Shown here piece by piece: positions 1 to 10,204 of a stretch of DNA of 64,000 nucleotides (the first letter of the stretch is position 1; the number at the start of each line of letters is the position of its first letter). The DNA is taken from sequence record SRR31156797_878; one strand, 5' to 3'. The notes under the pieces are model-generated. The model had not been told where the DNA came from. It ran no database searches and worked only from the letters and a program-made list of their open reading frames with translations. Position numbers and translations under genes: made by a program.

Positions 1-330
1 AGGGTTGCCCCAAACTTCGATGCCGCCCCACAGGTCGCCACAGGCGTTGGTAAGCGTTCCGCCGTTGAGGATGAGTTTACCACCGGGTTTTACTATGATT
101 TTGGTGCCAGCCATCATCCATGTGGTATCGGTAATAGTGAGTAGCCCTCCCATTTCGATACAGCTATAGCTTTGGTTGATTATTGTTGGGGTATCCCAGT
201 CCACTGTTTGCCCGGGAAGGATATGGAGCGTGTCTCCCTGAGTAGGATTTGCATTTAATAATTGTTCAGAACCAACAAGCATAACCAGTATTGTTACGAT
301 AATGCTTAGTGATTTATAGTGATTCTTCAT
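1..330 (-). CDS. Secreted protein, N-terminal part only (runs off the left edge); likely beta-helix-containing T9SS-type cargo
   Basis: Manual translation from ATG at 330: MKNHYKSLSIIVTILVMLVGSEQLLNA (signal peptide) ...IIVKPGGKLILNGGTLTNACGDLWGGIEVWGNP, open to position 1. Not in the ORF track. Confidence 0.7.
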   Translation of the reverse strand, partial: MKNHYKSLSIIVTILVMLVGSEQLLNANPTQGDTLHILPGQTVDWDTPTIINQSYSCIEMGGLLTITDTTWMMAGTKIIVKPGGKLILNGGTLTNACGDLWGGIEVWGNP

Positions 331-872
331 CTTGCTTTTGTTAAAAATTTAAGAATTTTAGAAATTGCTTTTCGTTTTTGCCAGGCTTTAAAAACTTTAT
401 TATTAAGGGGGGAACAATAACCTTGAGAACCCAGCCTGAAAAATTTTAATGTGCTGGTTGCTTCCTTCTCTTCTCTTCTCTTCTCTATCCTTCCATTTAA
501 TGCCCTGAAACCGGGAAGCCGCAGGTTGTAACGGCACAATGACCCGATCAACCAAAGCAATGCCTGCCTGCATCCTGCAAAGGAAAGGATTGGTGAAAAC
601 TTTGGGATGGCCGGAAAAACTGCAACCATGGTTTTGGGATTAGAATAACAGAAGCAATAATAGTAAATAAATGTTAAAACGCAAAATTGAATTTGTTAAG
701 CTCAGAGGTATAATACAGCAACTTTTTTATGGACTGCGGATGTCGGGTATAAGAAATTTGATCTTTTCCTTCGCATTATGCCCTACTTGTATTCCACTCC
801 CCTCACAGTGTTAAAAAATCATTATCTCTGCGCCAAGTTATCATCCACCAATTGTTCCTGACACAAAAACTA

Positions 873-880
873 TACTTTTG
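873..880 (+). promoter_or_regulatory. Bacteroidota housekeeping -7 promoter element
   Basis: TACTTTTG matches TAnnTTTG, about 30 nt upstream of ATG 909. Confidence 0.55.
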
Positions 881-908
881 CCGACTGAATTTTTAACAGT
901 ACCAAAAA

Positions 909-3900
909 ATGGCAAAAAACACTTTGAACAAACCCAATTATATTTTCGAAACCAGCTGGGAAATCTGTAACATGATCGGTGGCATCTACACCGTACTGTC
1001 AACAAAGGCTCCGCTGGTACAAAAACAATTTGGTGATCAGTACATCACCATTGGCCCCGACGTTTGGAAAGAAACCCGCGAAAATCCGGATTTCATCGAA
1101 GACCGCAACCTTTTGAAATCATGGCGCGAAGCCGCTGCCATCGATAACCTTCACTTCAGGGTAGGACGCTGGAACGTGGAAGGCAAACCCATCGCAATCC
1201 TGGTGGATTTTACCACGCTTTTCCCGGAGAAGGATAAAGTATTTACCGAGCTCTGGGATAAGTTTAAAGTGGATTCCTTAAGTGGCGGCTGGGACTACAT
1301 TGAGCCGGCCATGTTTGGCTATGCAGTCGGGCAGGTCATCGAGAGCTTCTACAAATTCAGGCTTTCGCCTTCCGACCACGTAGTAGCTCATTTCCATGAG
1401 TGGATGACCGGCACGGGTGTGCTCTACCTCAACGAGAACCTGCCACAGGTAGCCACCGTTTTTACCACCCACGCCACAACCATAGGACGGGCAATTTCAG
1501 GAAATGGCTACCCGCTCTATAGCAAGCTGGAAGAATACAACGGCGAAGAGATGGCCCGTAAATTCGGTATGGTATCCCGTTTCTCGCTGGAACAGAAATC
1601 AGCCATGAACGCCGATGCTTTTACTGCTGTGAGCAATGCTACGGCAAAGGAAACCGATCTGCTGCTCAAAAAGCCCGTGGATGTGGTTACACCAAACGGC
1701 TTTGATGCTGATGCCATCCTGGATAAAACAAAGTCTGCCGAAAAAAGAACTGCCGCAAGGAATAAAATTCTTGAAGTGGCTGAAGCGCTTTTCAACAAAA
1801 AGGTGGCTGATGATGCATTTTTAACCATCACCAGCGGCAGATACGAATTCCGCAACAAAGGCATCAACCTGTTTATCTCGGCCCTGGCCGATATTGCTAA
1901 AAGAAATCCCAAAAAGGAGATACTGGCATTTGTAAAAATTCCTGCCAACCACAAAGGCCCGGAGCCAACGCTGATTGACCGCATGAAAAAGCCGGATTTT
2001 AAGCGTCCGCTACAAGATATTTATTTAACCCACGGACTCTACGAGGAACATACCGATGCCATCCTGCGCGAGATCAGGAATCATGGTTTGCGCAACCTTG
2101 CCGACGATCAGGTGAAGATCGTTTTTGTGCCTGCCTATCTCAATGGCACTGATGGCGTTTTCAATATGTCTTATTACGACCTGTTGGCCGGTTTTGATTT
2201 TACGGTATTCCCATCCTACTATGAACCCTGGGGATACACACCGATGGAAAGTGTTGCTTTCCGTGTGCCTACACTCACCACCTGCCAGGCCGGTTTTGGC
2301 CAGTGGGTCAACGAATCGTTTGGCGAGAACCATCCGGGAGTAGTGGTAGCCGATCGTACCGACGAAAATGATGCGGATATGGTGAAGCAGATTGCTGATG
2401 CCATGGAGCATTACCTGAATCTGTCGAAGAAAGATATGGAAGAGGCCAGGGAAAATGCCTACGAAGTGGCCAAAGCTGCGGTATGGGAGAAGTTTTTCGA
2501 AAAGTACCTGGAAACCTACGCGGTTGCGCTTGGCAAAGTACCGGGCCGCTCACCGAAGCTTGCATCCGGATTTACCGGTGAAAAGAAACCTAAACTGGTG
2601 GAAGCACCACAGCAGGATCTTCCCGTGTGGAAGCGCCTCATCATCGAACCCAGCATTCCCGAAAAGCTGAAAGGCCTGCAGGATATGTCAAGGAACCTTT
2701 GGTGGTCGTGGAACTTCAAGGCTACCGAAATGTTCGAATCCATCAATCCTGAACTGTGGAACCTCGTGAAGCAGAATCCGATTGAAATGCTCGATTCGCT
2801 GAACATCGACGAATGGAAAGCGCTGGAAGCCAATGAGGCTTTTATGGAAAAGTATTACGAGAGCTATAACAAGTTCAGGAAATACATGGATGAAGCCAAG
2901 AACAAGCCGAAAGCAGGCATCGCCTATTTCAGCATGGAGTATGGATTGCATCAATCATTTAAATTATATTCAGGTGGCCTGGGCATCCTTGCAGGAGATT
3001 ACCTGAAAGAGGCCAGCGACAGCAACGAAAACCTTGTGGCTGTCGGACTGCTCTACCGTTACGGATACTTCCAGCAAAGTATCTCTTTGTTTGGTGATCA
3101 GGTGGCGCAATATGAGGCACAAAAATTTTCGCAGCTGCCACTGGTCAAGGTTTTTGACGATCAGGGAAATCATCTGACCATAAAAATAGGATTGCCTGGC
3201 AGAACCCTTTATGCGCGCGTCTGGCGTTGTGATGTAGGAAGAATTCCATTGTTCCTGATGGATACTGATTTTGAGGCCAACGAGCCGACCGATCGTTCCA
3301 TCACCCATCAGCTCTATGGTGGTGAACTGGAGAACCGCCTGAAGCAGGAGATCCTGCTCGGCATTGGTGGTATCCGCATGCTGGACGCTATGGGCATCCG
3401 CCAGGATATTTATCACAGCAACGAAGGGCATTCTGCTTTCATCGGACTGGAACGTTTGCGCTACCTGATACAGGTGGAGAAAATGGACTTTGCCAAAGCC
3501 AAACAGGTTGTTCGTTCGTCAACGCTGTTTACCACGCATACCCCGGTTCCGGCAGGTCACGACTATTTTAACGAAGACCTGTTGAGAACTTACTTCCCAC
3601 ACTATCCCGGCCGATTGAATATTACCTGGGACGACATGATGGCGCTGGGGAAATTCAACCCCAACGATTCCAATGAGCTTTTCTCGATGAGTGTGCTGGC
3701 AACAAGACTTTCGCAGGAAGTAAATGGTGTGAGCCGCCTGCATGGTAAAGTCTCTCAGGAGATGTTTGCACGGCTCTACGATGGTTACTTCCCTGAAGAA
3801 TTGCACATCGGGTACGTAACCAATGGTGTGCATCTGCCAACCTGGGCATCCAAGCAGTGGAAGCTGATGTACAAAAAAGTGTTTGGTGAAGATTACAAAT

Positions 3901-5156
3901 GGCGCCAGCTTGATTTTGACATGTGGCAGAAAATGCAAAAGGTAAAGGATAGCGAGATATGGGAAACCCGCAAGCAACTGAAGAAGGAACTACTCGATTA
4001 CGTGAAAACACGCATCGAAAGGGAAATGACCCGTAGGCAGGAAAATCCGAAACTCATCATTAAAACGCTGGATTCTATCGAGGATGATGCGCTCACCATC
4101 GGCTTTGCCCGCAGGTTTGCCACCTATAAACGAGCTAAACTGTTGTTCTCTAACCTCGACAGGCTGAGGCAACTTGTGAATGCTACCGGAAAACCACTGC
4201 AATTCATCTATGCCGGAAAGGCGCATCCCAAAGATGTGGAAGGTCAGCAACTAATCAAGCGCATTATCGAGATATCCAAAACCGAAGGATTTATCGGTAA
4301 GGTGATTTTCATTGAGAATTACGACATGGAACTGGCGCATAAATTGATCCCCGGCGTGGATATCTGGTTGAATACACCAACCCGCCCACTGGAAGCATCA
4401 GGCACCAGCGGCGAAAAAGCGGTGATGAACGGCGTGGTGAATTTCTCCGTTCTCGACGGTTGGTGGGCCGAAGGTTTTAAAGATAATGCCGGATTTGCCA
4501 TTACCGAAGCAAGAACTTATGCTAACCAGCAGTTCCAGGATGAACTGGATGCGGAGATCATCTACAATGTATTTGAAGATGAGATTTTGCCGCTCTATTT
4601 TGATCATAACGATGAGCAAGTGCCCGTTAAATGGATCCAGTACATCAAAAATACCATCACGGAAGTTGCACCGCACTTTACCATGAAGCGCATGCTGGAA
4701 GATTATCAGCAGAAGTTTTACAGCAAACTGATAAAGCGAACCGAAAAATTCAAACAGGACGGTTACAAGCTGGCCGGCGAATATGCCGCATGGAAACTGG
4801 ATATGCGCGATAAATGGCACGAGATCAAGCTTGAAAAACTGATGGTACCGGATTCGTCAAGCCAGCCGCTGACACTTGCAGATTCCTTCTCAACGGAGGT
4901 GACACTTTATACCAACGGCATTAATCCTGAGCATTTGGGTGTGGAGATTATTTTTGGAAAGAAATTCCGCGATAAGGTGGATAAAATCCTTTACAAACGT
5001 GAATTACAGCTGGTTGAAACAAAGGATAAAGTGGCCAGGTATGCCGTGGAAGTACCTACCTACAAAGCCGGGTCTTACAGCTATGCATTCCGTATTTTCC
5101 CCCGCCACGAGTTGATGCCTCACCAACAGGACTGCAATCTTGTGAAGTGGGTTTAA
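909..5156 (+). CDS. glgP: Fused glycogen synthase (GT3-like, N-terminal) and alpha-glucan phosphorylase (GT35, C-terminal)
   Basis: N-terminal FETSWE..GGIYTV, FHEW, FTTHAT, GRYEF.NKG and YYEPWGYTPME; C-terminal YFSMEYG, YSGGLG.LAGD, GFARRFATYKR and the PLP-lysine motif EASGTSGEK. Confidence 0.93.
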   Translation: MAKNTLNKPNYIFETSWEICNMIGGIYTVLSTKAPLVQKQFGDQYITIGPDVWKETRENPDFIEDRNLLKSWREAAAIDNLHFRVGRWNVEGKPIAILVDFTTLFPEKDKVFTELWDKFKVDSLSGGWDYIEPAMFGYAVGQVIESFYKFRLSPSDHVVAHFHEWMTGTGVLYLNENLPQVATVFTTHATTIGRAISGNGYPLYSKLEEYNGEEMARKFGMVSRFSLEQKSAMNADAFTAVSNATAKETDLLLKKPVDVVTPNGFDADAILDKTKSAEKRTAARNKILEVAEALFNKKVADDAFLTITSGRYEFRNKGINLFISALADIAKRNPKKEILAFVKIPANHKGPEPTLIDRMKKPDFKRPLQDIYLTHGLYEEHTDAILREIRNHGLRNLADDQVKIVFVPAYLNGTDGVFNMSYYDLLAGFDFTVFPSYYEPWGYTPMESVAFRVPTLTTCQAGFGQWVNESFGENHPGVVVADRTDENDADMVKQIADAMEHYLNLSKKDMEEARENAYEVAKAAVWEKFFEKYLETYAVALGKVPGRSPKLASGFTGEKKPKLVEAPQQDLPVWKRLIIEPSIPEKLKGLQDMSRNLWWSWNFKATEMFESINPELWNLVKQNPIEMLDSLNIDEWKALEANEAFMEKYYESYNKFRKYMDEAKNKPKAGIAYFSMEYGLHQSFKLYSGGLGILAGDYLKEASDSNENLVAVGLLYRYGYFQQSISLFGDQVAQYEAQKFSQLPLVKVFDDQGNHLTIKIGLPGRTLYARVWRCDVGRIPLFLMDTDFEANEPTDRSITHQLYGGELENRLKQEILLGIGGIRMLDAMGIRQDIYHSNEGHSAFIGLERLRYLIQVEKMDFAKAKQVVRSSTLFTTHTPVPAGHDYFNEDLLRTYFPHYPGRLNITWDDMMALGKFNPNDSNELFSMSVLATRLSQEVNGVSRLHGKVSQEMFARLYDGYFPEELHIGYVTNGVHLPTWASKQWKLMYKKVFGEDYKWRQLDFDMWQKMQKVKDSEIWETRKQLKKELLDYVKTRIEREMTRRQENPKLIIKTLDSIEDDALTIGFARRFATYKRAKLLFSNLDRLRQLVNATGKPLQFIYAGKAHPKDVEGQQLIKRIIEISKTEGFIGKVIFIENYDMELAHKLIPGVDIWLNTPTRPLEASGTSGEKAVMNGVVNFSVLDGWWAEGFKDNAGFAITEARTYANQQFQDELDAEIIYNVFEDEILPLYFDHNDEQVPVKWIQYIKNTITEVAPHFTMKRMLEDYQQKFYSKLIKRTEKFKQDGYKLAGEYAAWKLDMRDKWHEIKLEKLMVPDSSSQPLTLADSFSTEVTLYTNGINPEHLGVEIIFGKKFRDKVDKILYKRELQLVETKDKVARYAVEVPTYKAGSYSYAFRIFPRHELMPHQQDCNLVKWV

Positions 5157-5225
5157 TCTGATCAATTCATCATTTCCGGAGTTGTTACCGGGATGCTACA
5201 TATGTGTTGATACTCAATTTACACC

Positions 5226-5258
5226 ACCGGGTAGTCGTAAAGATTACCCGGTTTTTTT
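5226..5258 (+). terminator. Intrinsic terminator
   Basis: ACCGGGTAGTC-gtaaa-GATTACCCGGT followed by a T run. Confidence 0.8.
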
Positions 5259-5532
5259 CTGCTCTGGTAAAATTGTAACTACTTAGCTGTCCAAAAAGTC
5301 TCTGCGGTGCTTTGTGTCTTTTCAGAATCAACTTTGTGTTATAGCTTAAATTGCTGTTTCATGAAGTTGATTTCATCCGTGCAAGGTCATTCAGTTAAAC
5401 TTTTAAACAACCTGTTTCATTAAACAGCATTCACCACTTTTCTGAATGGGCATCTCACCCGAAATTTCCTTCTCCTAAAATCTGATCCGATGAAATGCGT
5501 TATTGGTCTTTGGTTATTTATCAAACTTAACA

Positions 5533-6492
5533 ATGCCGGATCATATCTTACCATTTTTAAAACTTCACTTTCAGCAGTTAAAACGGGTCCTCATCTCTCT
5601 GGGATTGTTCAGGTTCGTATTTGTGCTGGCCGTTTTTGTTCTGATGTTGCTGGCCTTATTTACAGCATTACAAACAGGAGAAGGACTTGAGATAGCCACC
5701 GGCGCCACATTGGTTTTACTGCTGGTATTGCATCTCCAACGCACCGATAAATCCTTTATCAAACTTCATTTCCATCGTCACCGGATCATTCTTTTTGCTG
5801 AGTACCTGCTTTTATCAATGCCTGTGCTGATTTTCCTGATTTACTTTCTGCGATGGGAACTAATTGCTGCTCTTGTCGCGGGAACATACCTTGTTACTTT
5901 TATGGATTTTAAATGGAAGAACAGGTTTGGCAATTCGGTTTTTCAAAAATGGTTGCCGGACGATGCTTTTGAGTGGAGGTCGGGGGTACGGAAAAATCTT
6001 CCACTACTTTTGCTCATTTTTGGTGCAGGATTGGGTTTTTCCTTTATGACGGGAGCCGTGCCCCTTGCCATTTTTGCATTTGGTGTGTTCCCCATCAAAT
6101 TTTATGAAAAAGGTGAACCTGCTCAAATGCTGATTGCCCGTGAGCAGTCTGCTGTGCGCTTAATGCTGCAAAAGTTCAGGATTCATTTTGTGATTTTTTC
6201 CTTGATCAGCATACCGCTAATCGCTGCATTCATGGTTTTTCACGCGGAGTACTGGTATATTGTTTTAGCCGAATATGTGCTGTTCCTCTCGCTGCATTTT
6301 TACTTCATCATAATCAAATATGCCTTCTATGTTCCCAACGAAAAGCCGGCTGCTGTTGAGGTTTTTACCAGTGTTGGAACGGTTGGGATCGTCGTTCCTT
6401 TTTTATTGCCCATCGTTTGGGTGCTGACGGTCTGGATGTTTTTCAGGGCCAAATCAAACCTAAAACCTTATCTCCATGATTTCACTGCATAA
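5533..6492 (+). CDS. Multi-pass membrane protein, probable ABC permease
   Basis: About 8-9 hydrophobic segments; overlaps the downstream ABC ATPase; ATG 5533 preferred to TTG 5503. Confidence 0.7.
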   Translation: MPDHILPFLKLHFQQLKRVLISLGLFRFVFVLAVFVLMLLALFTALQTGEGLEIATGATLVLLLVLHLQRTDKSFIKLHFHRHRIILFAEYLLLSMPVLIFLIYFLRWELIAALVAGTYLVTFMDFKWKNRFGNSVFQKWLPDDAFEWRSGVRKNLPLLLLIFGAGLGFSFMTGAVPLAIFAFGVFPIKFYEKGEPAQMLIAREQSAVRLMLQKFRIHFVIFSLISIPLIAAFMVFHAEYWYIVLAEYVLFLSLHFYFIIIKYAFYVPNEKPAAVEVFTSVGTVGIVVPFLLPIVWVLTVWMFFRAKSNLKPYLHDFTA

Positions 6493-7171
6493 TTTGTCAT
6501 TTGCATACCCGGAAAATAAACGTGTGATCCGTTCTCTTGATCTGGAAATGGAGACTGGAAAAATTCATGGTATTGTCGGGTTGAACGGGTCCGGAAAGAC
6601 CACACTCCTCAATATGCTTTTTGGACTGCTGAAGGCCGATGCAGGGAAGGTGTCATGTGGCGAATTTGAGATTTCCAAAAGAAATATGGCCTACTTATCT
6701 GCAGAGAGTTACTTCTATTCCAACATCACCGGAAAGGAATATCTGGCACTATTTAAAAACCATGATTTTGATATGGAGAAATGGAACCAACTTTTTGGCC
6801 TGCCACTGGATCAGGTTGTGGATGATTATTCTTCGGGCATGAAAAAGAAATTAGCGCTGCTGGGTGTGATCAAAATGGATAAAAAGCTGATGATCCTGGA
6901 TGAGCCTTTTAACAATCTTGATATCGAAACCAACCGTATTGTAAGAAGTGTATTGATGAAAATGAGCGAGATGGGTAAAACAATTATCATTACCTCTCAC
7001 ATCATCGAAACGTTAACCAACCTTTGTGATTTTATCCATTATCTCGACAAGGGCAAAATCCGCTTCAGCAAGTCGAAGCAGGAGTTTGACGATTTCAGTA
7101 AGGAACTTTTCCAATCCATCGAAAATAAAACATCTGGGTTGATTGGCGAGATATTTGGAAATTTATCCTGA
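6476..7171 (+). CDS. ABC transporter ATP-binding protein
   Basis: Walker A GLNGSGKT, signature YSSGM, Walker B MILDEP, H-loop TSH. Confidence 0.92.
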   Translation: MISLHNLSFAYPENKRVIRSLDLEMETGKIHGIVGLNGSGKTTLLNMLFGLLKADAGKVSCGEFEISKRNMAYLSAESYFYSNITGKEYLALFKNHDFDMEKWNQLFGLPLDQVVDDYSSGMKKKLALLGVIKMDKKLMILDEPFNNLDIETNRIVRSVLMKMSEMGKTIIITSHIIETLTNLCDFIHYLDKGKIRFSKSKQEFDDFSKELFQSIENKTSGLIGEIFGNLS

Positions 7172-7193
7172 TTTTAGGTTATTTGAAAAATGG

Positions 7194-7201
7194 TAATTTT
7201 G
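7194..7201 (+). promoter_or_regulatory. Possible -7 element for the TA pair
   Basis: TAATTTTG just upstream of ATG 7206, which would give a near-leaderless mRNA. Confidence 0.35.
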
Positions 7202-7205
7202 AACA

Positions 7206-7496
7206 ATGAGAACATTGCAAGAAATAAAAAGTGTATTGAGTGGGCATAAGACCAGGTTATTTGAGGACTACCCGATAAAATCAATGGCAATTTTTGGGTC
7301 CTATTCCCGAAGTGACCAAAATGATTCAAGTGATTTGGATATCCTCGTTGAGTTTTCTGACAGGATAGGTATTCGGTTTATTGACCTTGCTGATGATTTG
7401 GAAAATATTGTTGGGTTTAAAGTGGATTTGGTTTCAAAAAATGGCGTTAAGGAAAAGTATTTAAAATCAATTGATTCTGAATTGATATATGTCTAA
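7206..7496 (+). CDS. MNT minimal nucleotidyltransferase antitoxin (MntA-like)
   Basis: 96 aa with GSX10DXD motif (GSYSRSDQNDSSDLD); overlaps the HEPN gene. Confidence 0.9.
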   Translation: MRTLQEIKSVLSGHKTRLFEDYPIKSMAIFGSYSRSDQNDSSDLDILVEFSDRIGIRFIDLADDLENIVGFKVDLVSKNGVKEKYLKSIDSELIYV

Positions 7497-7830
7497 ACGA
7501 GATGCCAAATTATTATTGGAGGATATGTTACAATCCGCAATTAAGATCAGACGATACGCTGCTGGCCTGGATTATGACGCTTTTATCTCAGATGATAAGA
7601 CGCTGGACGCTGTTGTGCGAAATTTTGAGATCATTGGTGAAGCGGCAAACCGGATTGATCCGGATTTTCGGAAGAATAATCCTGAGGTTGAATGGAAAAG
7701 GATCCGGGGATTCCGGAACAGAATCGTCCATAATTATTTTGGAATTGATTATGAGATTGTATGGGATATCATTAATACCTATTTGGATGAGTTGATTGAT
7801 TGGCTTCAAGCAATAATTGAAAATAAGTAA
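7489..7830 (+). CDS. HEPN/DUF86 RNase toxin (HepT-like)
   Basis: 113 aa with EIIGEA and RX4HXY motif RNRIVHNY. Confidence 0.9.
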   Translation: MSKRDAKLLLEDMLQSAIKIRRYAAGLDYDAFISDDKTLDAVVRNFEIIGEAANRIDPDFRKNNPEVEWKRIRGFRNRIVHNYFGIDYEIVWDIINTYLDELIDWLQAIIENK

Positions 7831-7863
7831 TACACCAAAAAAGGAAAATTTGATCTGAATCCT

Positions 7864-9393
7864 ATGAAAAAGTATTACTATTTGCTCTTTTTGGGTTTAA
7901 TTTTTAGTTGCGATCATAATACCGAAAATACTGTTCATAAATTAAAGAAAATTACAATCTCTGGCCGTATCTATAATCAAGACACTTCAAAAAAGGAGAT
8001 TTTATTTTCAGTGTATTACCCCGGGAGGTCAAGCGAAACCGTTAGGGCTAAGATAGATAGTCTGGGGGCCTTTTCTGCATCTTTTGAATCCTACACCCCA
8101 ACAGATGTTTTAGTAGATTATAAATCCGGGTTTTATACACTTGTACATCCCGGCGACACCATTTACATGCTCTTTGATGGAGATAAAAGCAGCACATCTG
8201 ACCTGCTGGAAACCATCCAATATTCAGGTGATGCTGCAAAGGTAAATCAGCAGGTGGCAGGGTTTCAGCAATTGTATTATTCCAATATGGGAATCCATGA
8301 TCAGGATGCCAACCAAAATGCTGTCAGGGATTTAAGCGCTGAGGGTTACTTGAGATATTTAGATACAATCAAGGGTGAGGCCAGAGATATGCTCCAAAAA
8401 TTTATCATGGAGGCCAAGCCAGAAAGTGAAGCAACACTTTGGGCAACCACATTTATCGAAAAGGATTATTATTTTGCCCTGGCTGCTTATCCCAATTATC
8501 GCAGGTACCTCCACAAGCTGACTAAGGATGAATGGGATGTGCCCGCCGGTTACTACGATACATTGTTGAACTTTTTCCCGGTAAACAAGTCCATGCTCGT
8601 ATGTGGGTCAGCTTTGTCAGGGATAATCAATACATTTCACTACGATTATGTGAGGCCCAGGATTTTTAGAGATTCTGTATATGAGGAGGTTGTTTCAAAG
8701 CATATCAACAATCCTGATTTAAAACACATTAAAGATTCACTCATTTTTCAGGGAATATTAAAATTTGCTCCTGATAGTCTCACCGGCAGGCTTGTTTTGT
8801 CAGAAATGATCCATCAGGATTTTGATGCGAATGAAATTAGCGTATTCGAGAAAAACAGGAATAGTATTGAAAGACCAATTTCAGACCCGTTTCTCATCGT
8901 TCCTATCATCCAACGATATGAAGAAATCAAAGAAAGATTAACCAACCCAAAGCTTTTTTCTGATGAGATATTTGAAAACGCAGCAAGCTCCACAATAGGT
9001 CCACTCATGAATGAAATCAAGACCCTGAACAATAATAAAGTGATTTATATAAATTTTTGGGCTACATGGTGCGCACCATGTTTAGGTGAATTTCCCGGGA
9101 CAAAAACCATGATGAAGCAATTTGAAAATGAAAATGTCGCGTTTGTGTTCATATGTTTAGACTCAAAGGAAAATCTTTGGGCCAAAAAAAGACACGAACT
9201 TAAAATTGGGGGACAACACTACTTTTTAGCTGAGGAGCAAAGCAATGACATGCATGAAGTTTTTGAATTTACGGGGGTGCCTTATCATGTATTGATTGAT
9301 AAAAATGGCATAATTCATGAAAAGGGAGCGCATTTGTCTGGAAATAGAGCAAAAAAGGAGATTGATAAATTATTGGACAAAACCGGGGAGTAG
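7864..9393 (+). CDS. Lipoprotein with C-terminal TlpA-like thioredoxin domain
   Basis: Lipobox LIFSC; FWATWCAPC; GVP cis-Pro loop. Confidence 0.85.
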   Translation: MKKYYYLLFLGLIFSCDHNTENTVHKLKKITISGRIYNQDTSKKEILFSVYYPGRSSETVRAKIDSLGAFSASFESYTPTDVLVDYKSGFYTLVHPGDTIYMLFDGDKSSTSDLLETIQYSGDAAKVNQQVAGFQQLYYSNMGIHDQDANQNAVRDLSAEGYLRYLDTIKGEARDMLQKFIMEAKPESEATLWATTFIEKDYYFALAAYPNYRRYLHKLTKDEWDVPAGYYDTLLNFFPVNKSMLVCGSALSGIINTFHYDYVRPRIFRDSVYEEVVSKHINNPDLKHIKDSLIFQGILKFAPDSLTGRLVLSEMIHQDFDANEISVFEKNRNSIERPISDPFLIVPIIQRYEEIKERLTNPKLFSDEIFENAASSTIGPLMNEIKTLNNNKVIYINFWATWCAPCLGEFPGTKTMMKQFENENVAFVFICLDSKENLWAKKRHELKIGGQHYFLAEEQSNDMHEVFEFTGVPYHVLIDKNGIIHEKGAHLSGNRAKKEIDKLLDKTGE

Positions 9394-9531
9394 TGCTGGT
9401 AAAACTGAAAACACAGGAATTACGGGTGATTTAAAACGAATAATGAAACCAGATAATTTGGCGGGGTATTTGAGTGAAACCCTGAACACATCATAAAATC
9501 ACTTGTTATCTAATCCAATAATATTTTGCAT

Positions 9532-10200
9532 ATGAAAAGATCAGCACTATTGATTTTGGCCATTTTCACCTTCATTGGATTAACTGCCCAGGTTACCGGT
9601 CTCTGGGAAGTTCAGGAAGTTAAAGTTGGCGAAGAAACCATGACACCGGTAGCCCGCTGGTTTCAACTCAACCCCGATAATACAACCACGTCAGGTAATG
9701 GAGGAATTGAACACAGCAGCGGTACCTACATCGCTACTCCTGATAATTCAGTTTTGATTTTTACAGATCAGTTTGGTAAAACCGATGAATACGGTGCATT
9801 TACCGTAGCGCTTACCGGAAACACAATGACCTGGACCAGAGTAGAGGAGGGGCAGCCCGTTAAAGTATCCCTTGAAAGAACAAACAAAAAACCGGTGGGC
9901 CCATGGGATCAGGTGGTTGGTAACTGGAAATTGGTTGAATCCACAGAACACGATGAAATATCAGATCAGCAAATTTTGATCCGCTGGGATCGTGAATATC
10001 GTTCAAGAAATGGATTGTTGGGAGAAAATAGGCGCGGAGTCTGGCACATTGCCGGGCACCATCCTCACCTTAAATTGATGAGTTTTAACCCTGACCAACC
10101 TGATTTGGATTTTACCATCTCTTTTTTCAACGATTACCGCATGATCTGGGCCAACGAAGATAAAAGTGTAAAACTGGTTTTCGACAGGAATCTGAAGTAA
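9532..10200 (+). CDS. Secreted protein with two lipocalin-like beta domains
   Basis: Signal peptide; two GxW motifs (VTGLWEV, VVGNWKL). Confidence 0.6.
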   Translation: MKRSALLILAIFTFIGLTAQVTGLWEVQEVKVGEETMTPVARWFQLNPDNTTTSGNGGIEHSSGTYIATPDNSVLIFTDQFGKTDEYGAFTVALTGNTMTWTRVEEGQPVKVSLERTNKKPVGPWDQVVGNWKLVESTEHDEISDQQILIRWDREYRSRNGLLGENRRGVWHIAGHHPHLKLMSFNPDQPDLDFTISFFNDYRMIWANEDKSVKLVFDRNLK

Positions 10201-10204
10201 AAAG

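Noticed and set aside
327-629. 100-aa ORF, and GGGAAGCCG as a possible cobalamin riboswitch
   Set aside because: The ORF has no recognisable motifs and spans a (TTCTC)n tract. The B12-box and other conserved riboswitch elements were not found.
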